Below are positions 58,487 through 64,000 of a stretch of 64,000 bases of DNA, in pieces. The notes under the pieces are model-generated. The model made no database searches, was not told the origin of the DNA, and worked only from the letters and a program-made list of their open reading frames with translations. The position numbers were made by a program, and so were the translations under genes. The stretch comes from a virus, in the IMG/VR virus record IMGVR_UViG_3300030329_005426, positions 1 to 64,000 of that record; one strand, given 5' to 3'. The stretch's first letter is position 1; the number at the start of each line of letters is the position of its first letter.

Positions 58487-60448
58487 TTAACTAAATCCTC
58501 CTGTATCAATATCTTCCGCATTATCGGCATCTCGTCTGGCTCTATTCTGTAATTGTAACATAGTTAATCCCTGTGTAGAAGGTAGAGACTTGGCTAGATT
58601 ACCTTTATCATTAGCCTTGGCTATAACTGATGGAGAATTTGCACCCGTCCCCTCAATATTAGAGCCACCGATATCCTCACCTGTCTTATGTAGATTCATA
58701 AAGCTATCAGCATGTAATTCAGCTTCTGCAAGATTATTCTTAGAATCTTCCCATTTAGTTACTTCTTTTTCTATAATAGGAGAACCACCAACAGTTTCAC
58801 TATGTGAGGCCTTAGCCGTTATCTTAGGTGTAGATACGGGAATAGTAATCTCAGTAGGTAAGTTTACTGTAGTAACATCACCTTCAAGCATATTCTTTTC
58901 TGTATGATTACCTTCCTGTGATTGTATTTCTCCTCCACCCCCCGAGCCGGGCCAATCTGGTTTATTGCCGCCAATAAAGATTTCACCGTCCTTATATGGT
59001 TGTTTACGTAATTTCAATCTTTCTAGGGATACTACCTTCTCTATACTATTATTAGTCTGGGCTAATCCAGGATCGGTAACAAATGGAGGAATAGTAACTA
59101 CTGCTTCTTTGGCATCTTTAGCCGTTCCGGGATTAGATTTACCTGCGGTATTCAGGTGAATATCAGAACCCCCTTCGACAGCTATATCGCCGCCTGCTTT
59201 AATATCGGCCTTGCCCCCCACGTCGGTATCCCAAACCCCCCCCACCCCGGTTGTCCAGGCGCCGCCGGTCTTCAGGTCGAATGTCTTGCCTATACCCTGG
59301 ACCATCTCTTTGCCTACCTTGAGGTTGAGCGACTCGGCTACGTTGGCTGCGTGGTGGCCGGCTGTTACTATATCTACGTTGGCTCCGTATTTAAACCTGG
59401 CGCGACCCTTCGTTACTGTATAGTCGTGGGTATTGGCTACTAGATAGATGCTGCTATTACCTATCGTTCTATTATGATCAACCCTTATATCTTCTTCGTG
59501 CCATCCGTATATGAGACTGTGTACATTAGAGCGGTTCTCATTATCTCCTACTTGTATACGACGATTGCCCTTGACATATAGATAGTCGTTGCCCTGGATC
59601 TCTGTGTATCTATTCCCTTGTACCTGGATACGCGCGTCACCGGCAACGGTTATATTATGTCCCTTCATTATATACATATGGTTATTCGCAAACACCACGT
59701 CATAGTTATTACCTACTACACGTGTCTGCTTATCACCGCTATCATCTATCTGATAATACGTGCCACTCTTATGATATTCGTGTATACGTGCGTGGCCTGG
59801 TGTATCATCTACCTCGAATACATGACCGGCCTCATACTCGCGGACGTGATTGCGTGGGTAGGATGCCTTATACGTCGAGACGGGTTGGTCATAGGATAGA
59901 CTATTATTAGAGGACGAAATGGGGTTGCTATTTGATAGGGCCAGGGGTATCCTCGTACGACCCGTCTCGTTAAAGCCCTCGTGATGAGACTGCTTAATAC
60001 GCCGTGTACCGTTATTCCCAGGTTCTATGTAGTCTTCATTACGGGCCAGGCGAGAGACATCTGGTTCATCGAAACGACCAGTATCCTTATCCGGCTTCAT
60101 GTCTGCACCATAAGTCCACTCAGGTATTCCAGGGACTGCGCCAAGGACCATAGGACGTTGCGCTTCGATCGCATCCATAAAGAAGCCGAGTACCATAGAA
60201 CCAACTATAAGTCCCGTGGGTGATGTACCTATATCCGCTTTCTGTCCCGACGTTACCGGCATAATAACTTGGGCCCACGGTAAGGCTTCGGTTGGTAATG
60301 ACTTAGGATCTTGATCATGGACTCCGTATATACGAACACGTACACGACCAGTCTTCAAAGGATCATCACGATCCTCGACTAATCCAAACCACCATTTAAA
60401 GCTATTACCGACATCATTAGGATGTCTAGAGTCCATCGTTTCGGCCAT
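58487..60448 (-). CDS. 5: Baseplate central spike gp5 (OB fold + beta-helix, no lysozyme domain)
   Basis: VEDRDDP...GRVRVR, LPWA, YPRNHV, GHVFEVDDTPG..RI...H.SG, 8-aa beta-helix repeats. Confidence 0.92.
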   Translation of the reverse strand: MAETMDSRHPNDVGNSFKWWFGLVEDRDDPLKTGRVRVRIYGVHDQDPKSLPTEALPWAQVIMPVTSGQKADIGTSPTGLIVGSMVLGFFMDAIEAQRPMVLGAVPGIPEWTYGADMKPDKDTGRFDEPDVSRLARNEDYIEPGNNGTRRIKQSHHEGFNETGRTRIPLALSNSNPISSSNNSLSYDQPVSTYKASYPRNHVREYEAGHVFEVDDTPGHARIHEYHKSGTYYQIDDSGDKQTRVVGNNYDVVFANNHMYIMKGHNITVAGDARIQVQGNRYTEIQGNDYLYVKGNRRIQVGDNENRSNVHSLIYGWHEEDIRVDHNRTIGNSSIYLVANTHDYTVTKGRARFKYGANVDIVTAGHHAANVAESLNLKVGKEMVQGIGKTFDLKTGGAWTTGVGGVWDTDVGGKADIKAGGDIAVEGGSDIHLNTAGKSNPGTAKDAKEAVVTIPPFVTDPGLAQTNNSIEKVVSLERLKLRKQPYKDGEIFIGGNKPDWPGSGGGGEIQSQEGNHTEKNMLEGDVTTVNLPTEITIPVSTPKITAKASHSETVGGSPIIEKEVTKWEDSKNNLAEAELHADSFMNLHKTGEDIGGSNIEGTGANSPSVIAKANDKGNLAKSLPSTQGLTMLQLQNRARRDADNAEDIDTGGFS

Positions 60449-62001
60449 TAAAGATCTCCTACATTATAATCACATACATTAAAGTCAAACGGAGACCTAG
60501 CGAAAGCGTTCTTAGTCACAGAGACAGTAGTATGTAACTCATCATTCTCAGATGAATACTTATGCTTGACTGCGGTCACTAGGAAAGTCGATCCATCTAG
60601 ACTATTAGACCATAACCTATTAAGCTCAGCCAATCGAGCCCCATTGTCTTGGTCGTTAGTTTGCGGTATATGGACTTCAACAGTCTGTCCTACCATAGTA
60701 TTCGTATGTCCTGGCACAGTTATATTCAATACAATCTTATCTTCTGAAGCCCAAGAAGCCACAGCCTTATGCAGTTGTGTGTGCCTATTACGGTCCCAAT
60801 ACATCTGCCTATCGTTGATCTTTTCTGTGCCATCATCCCTCTCTTCACTCACACGACCCTTTAAATAAACGGCATTTTTATAGGACCCTTCTAATTTCGG
60901 GGTTTCGGTTGAGATAATGTATCTTCCCTTAGAACTCCCATCAAACTTAGCCTTATCCATCTCATCTGCCTCTGGGTGTATGTCCTTAAACTTCTCTCCT
61001 AAACCTATAGTTACAAGGTTTCCCTTATCAAAGTCTGTTCCATAGTGCCATTTACGCTTTGTATATGTCTTTCTCAGTGGATCTAGAGTAGATACTGTAT
61101 TATCATAGTAGCCTTCATTGATATCATATACCATATCTTTATTATTAATGATGGATATACCTTCTATTACCGTGGCTTCACTCTGTTTCTTACCTGTGCC
61201 CATATCTTGTACATTCATATCACCTGTATACATATCGTCACAGTGTATGTTCTGCATGCTTTTATACCACGATTCTCCGTATCCTCCATAGCCTTTTCTT
61301 AGTTGAGCAAGTGAAGTAAAGTGAAATCCATCCGATCTCTCGAAGAATAGGTAATCGCATACTGGCATTGTCGACCCAGTCTCTTCGTCTACAATGGATG
61401 TTACACTCTCTTTACACACCTGATTGATAAGATCTATTGGACTTCTGCCATTTGCAATGATATGCAGTGGTCTCTCAGGAGTAAAGACTTTGGTATCGAA
61501 GCAGATGTGTAGGGGTTTGTCTCGGTATCCTGGAAGTTTCTGTAGACGATCATCTGGGTTCTGAAGGTAATTACTGTAAACTCTCTGTATGATCTTTCCA
61601 GCACTGAGACCTTGATATGCACCTTTAACGGAAGTATGGAGATCCCTAATAAATTCTTGGGAAACACACTCTAAGATATAGACTTCATCTCTTTCTTTAT
61701 ACCAAGATCTCTCTTGTATACCTTGAACTCTAAACCAATGTCGGGTATACTCGAAGTCTTCTCCACCGGTTTTATATGAAATATAGATATACTCTTGTCC
61801 GACAATCGGAAACCTCTCTACCAAACCCTGAGCATCCATAATACCCAGACCCATCTTCATAGTCGGAGCATAGAGATCTTCGTATATCGAGAACTCCATA
61901 ACCATTTGTTTGATGTCGATTACGTTCTTTAACGTAAAGTCTATAAGGTTTATGAACTCGATATCGACTCGAGTTGGTTTAGATATTGCTGCTCCAGCCA
62001 T
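60448..62001 (-). CDS. Baseplate hub protein (gp27-like)
   Basis: IYEDL, PIVGQE, YLFFE...GFHF, I.VPG and FLVTAVKH motifs, synteny. Confidence 0.7.
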   Translation of the reverse strand: MAGAAISKPTRVDIEFINLIDFTLKNVIDIKQMVMEFSIYEDLYAPTMKMGLGIMDAQGLVERFPIVGQEYIYISYKTGGEDFEYTRHWFRVQGIQERSWYKERDEVYILECVSQEFIRDLHTSVKGAYQGLSAGKIIQRVYSNYLQNPDDRLQKLPGYRDKPLHICFDTKVFTPERPLHIIANGRSPIDLINQVCKESVTSIVDEETGSTMPVCDYLFFERSDGFHFTSLAQLRKGYGGYGESWYKSMQNIHCDDMYTGDMNVQDMGTGKKQSEATVIEGISIINNKDMVYDINEGYYDNTVSTLDPLRKTYTKRKWHYGTDFDKGNLVTIGLGEKFKDIHPEADEMDKAKFDGSSKGRYIISTETPKLEGSYKNAVYLKGRVSEERDDGTEKINDRQMYWDRNRHTQLHKAVASWASEDKIVLNITVPGHTNTMVGQTVEVHIPQTNDQDNGARLAELNRLWSNSLDGSTFLVTAVKHKYSSENDELHTTVSVTKNAFARSPFDFNVCDYNVGDL

Positions 62002-62564
62002 TATTCAAACACAGTCCTGACTTGAGCGATAACTTCCGGTACAAACTCGGTATCTAATATGGAAATCTCGCGGAGTTTCTCGTTCTCTTCGTCTTCATAC
62101 TCATACTTTGTCTTAATCTTCTTATGGGTAGATGATACGGTATTATAGGTTTTCAAGTCTATGTTGATCCATTTCTCTTTTACGATCGTTCCATCTGTCA
62201 GAACCTGATGATCGGTGATCCTTTGCATATATTGATGTACGGTTTCTCTGGCTGCTGCAGTCGAACCATACTTGTTTTTAATATACTTGTCAAGCAAAGG
62301 CTGAGACTTTGGCCATTCCCAGTGGGGATCTACCATTACATTTACGAGTATGATGATCCAATCCAGACGTGAATCATCATAATAGTTATGAGCAATGCTC
62401 TCTGGTGTATCTGATGGAGTGATTTGATGTCTATAATAGATAGCCTGCCTCTCAGTTAGGAATTGTTTTATTGAAAACCCCGCTGTAAGATCCATCATTT
62501 CCAGAGGCAAATTATTCTTATGGAGATCATAGGAGATGATTGGATAGTTTTTAAATAAATGCAT
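62001..62564 (-). CDS. 53: Baseplate wedge protein gp53
   Basis: DTPESIA..YY.D..L.WIIIL.N...DP..EWP and YEYE...NE motifs. Confidence 0.9.
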   Translation of the reverse strand: MHLFKNYPIISYDLHKNNLPLEMMDLTAGFSIKQFLTERQAIYYRHQITPSDTPESIAHNYYDDSRLDWIIILVNVMVDPHWEWPKSQPLLDKYIKNKYGSTAAARETVHQYMQRITDHQVLTDGTIVKEKWINIDLKTYNTVSSTHKKIKTKYEYEDEENEKLREISILDTEFVPEVIAQVRTVFE

Positions 62565-62569
62565 TATCT

Positions 62570-63562
62570 TTACCTATGCTCGCTGACAATATCATCACGC
62601 GTCGTGATGGTTGTTTCTGTAAATGACATAGAAATAGTTATCGAAGCAGGAGAGGGTGAATCACCACCGTTCTTATGGTACAATGGAACACCTTCACCAT
62701 GATAGTCTACATCAAATGTTGTTAGAACCGATGGAGCAATATTAAATAGATACTTAGGATGGTTAAAGTCTATGTCAAACTCGTTAGGATATTTGAATAG
62801 GTGCTTATTGCTGCTCATGTCGGGATGCATATGTATCTTGAAAATCCTAATAATCTCGTTTAGCTTATCGGTTTCGGGCTTGTCTTTTGGCATAAACTTA
62901 TAGCTGAACGAATGTGATCTAAAGCCTGTTCCTGTGAATAGCTGAGCCATATGAGGGTTTATAGCATGTCCAGCACCTGCAGCCATACCACCTTTAACGG
63001 CATTCTGGGCGCCAACACCAGCGACAGCACCGGTGATTGTTCCTACGGTTCCTCCTATTTTATTACCAAGCGCAGCAGCACCCAATGGAGCTAATTCATT
63101 TTGTAGAAGACCCAATCCAGCTGCGGCAACAGCATCGCCAGTGGCCGCCTTGTTAAATGCACCTTGAATCCCTGCCTTGACCTGATCTACTATACCGGCG
63201 CCTTCGACTCCAGCATCGATACCGGCAGCCGTCGCCATACCCATAATACCAAGACCTTCCTGAGCATAGTTTGCTTTATACCCTGTTTTAAGAGTACTCG
63301 GCAACGGTAAAGCGATACTATTTAATATCTTAGTTATCTCTCTTTCACGTCTCTGAAGTTTGTTTCGCTCATATGCATGAAAGACTATCCAGTGACCTTG
63401 AGATGATAGATCATCTGGAAAATTAGACATTAACCCAAACTCTTTACCAGAATTTGAACCAAAAGCCTTGTTAAATTTATTAACCCTACTATTAGACGGG
63501 TTGCGGGCTCCTGGTCGTGTGGCGGATGCTGGTCCTTTTGTTGTCTGTGAAGCTGTTGCCAT
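62570..63562 (-). CDS. 48: Baseplate tail-tube cap gp48-like
   Basis: NP....LF.G..FRSHSF.YKF.PK...E and YPNEF motifs. Confidence 0.8.
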   Translation of the reverse strand: MATASQTTKGPASATRPGARNPSNSRVNKFNKAFGSNSGKEFGLMSNFPDDLSSQGHWIVFHAYERNKLQRREREITKILNSIALPLPSTLKTGYKANYAQEGLGIMGMATAAGIDAGVEGAGIVDQVKAGIQGAFNKAATGDAVAAAGLGLLQNELAPLGAAALGNKIGGTVGTITGAVAGVGAQNAVKGGMAAGAGHAINPHMAQLFTGTGFRSHSFSYKFMPKDKPETDKLNEIIRIFKIHMHPDMSSNKHLFKYPNEFDIDFNHPKYLFNIAPSVLTTFDVDYHGEGVPLYHKNGGDSPSPASITISMSFTETTITTRDDIVSEHR

Positions 63563-63588
63563 TGGTATATCTGTTCCTAAATAGTGTT

Positions 63589-64000
63589 ATGGCTTATAGA
63601 GGTAAATTCAAACCCCGCAACCCGGCAAAATACGTCGGTGATCCTACTTCTATTATTTATAGAAGTTCGTGGGAGCTTCGCTGCATGAATTACTTTGATT
63701 TGACAGAAGATATCATACAATGGGCTTCTGAAGAAGTCGCTATACCTTATAAAAGCCCTATCGATGGCCGTATCCATAGATATTACCCCGATTTCATCCT
63801 AAAAGTCAAGACCAAATCTGGTAAAGAAGAAACACATATGTGGGAGGTTAAACCATATAAACAATCGATTCCTCCTACTGTTCAAACGAAGAAAACTAAG
63901 CGATATATCAATGAAGTTAGAACATATGCCATAAATAAGTATAAATGGGATGCAGCACAACTATATTGTAAAGAACAAGGCTGGCATTTTAAAGTTATCA
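63589..64000 (+). CDS. 4: Head completion nuclease gp4 (runs off window; not in ORF track)
   Basis: MAYRGKFKPRNPAKYVGDPTSIIYRSSWE...WASEE...HRYYPDF...EVKP, preceded by CTAAATA. Confidence 0.92.
   Translation, partial: MAYRGKFKPRNPAKYVGDPTSIIYRSSWELRCMNYFDLTEDIIQWASEEVAIPYKSPIDGRIHRYYPDFILKVKTKSGKEETHMWEVKPYKQSIPPTVQTKKTKRYINEVRTYAINKYKWDAAQLYCKEQGWHFKVI

Noticed and set aside
21-60868. Plus-strand ORFs listed in the track
   Set aside because: They are antisense shadows of well-supported minus-strand genes, with no recognisable motifs; only gp4 (63589 onward) is supported on +
63577-63777. 66-aa minus-strand ORF
   Set aside because: Shadow of gp4 on the plus strand
1-64000. tRNA or rRNA genes
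   Set aside because: Intergenic gaps are short and no cloverleaf was recognised by eye; tRNAscan was not run

Overview
A 64 kb piece of a T4-like myovirus genome. Gene order matches marine T4-like phages (g23-g3-uvsY-uvsW-g55-g47-g46), and a usg-like gene hints at an alphaproteobacterial host. Nearly all genes are on the minus strand; only gp4 at the right edge is on plus. Positions 1-11.9 kb are an accessory block with a complete 7-deazaguanine DNA-modification pathway: folE, queD, queE, queC, a TGT-fold DpdA-like enzyme, and a class II glutamine amidotransferase that the ORF track missed. The same block holds a GDP-L-colitose-type sugar operon (gmd, colD, colC/fcl), peptide deformylase, DenV-like, MazG-like and 2OG oxygenase genes. 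Positions 11.9-17.7 kb are the recombination and late-sigma core. The remainder is the head, packaging, neck, fibre and baseplate module, with an enzyme cassette inserted behind a gp38-like adhesin. The most notable observations are: (1) a recurring [A/S]-N-[T/S] motif across virion proteins, a candidate virion glycosylation sequon alongside the phage's own rare-sugar pathway; (2) a tailoring-enzyme cassette next to the fibre tip; (3) a ~1.9 kb stretch with no A4/T4 run and a G4TG8 cluster inside gene 5; (4) a perfect sigma70 promoter pointing antisense at the gp55 start. All calls come from motif recognition by eye; no database searches were run.
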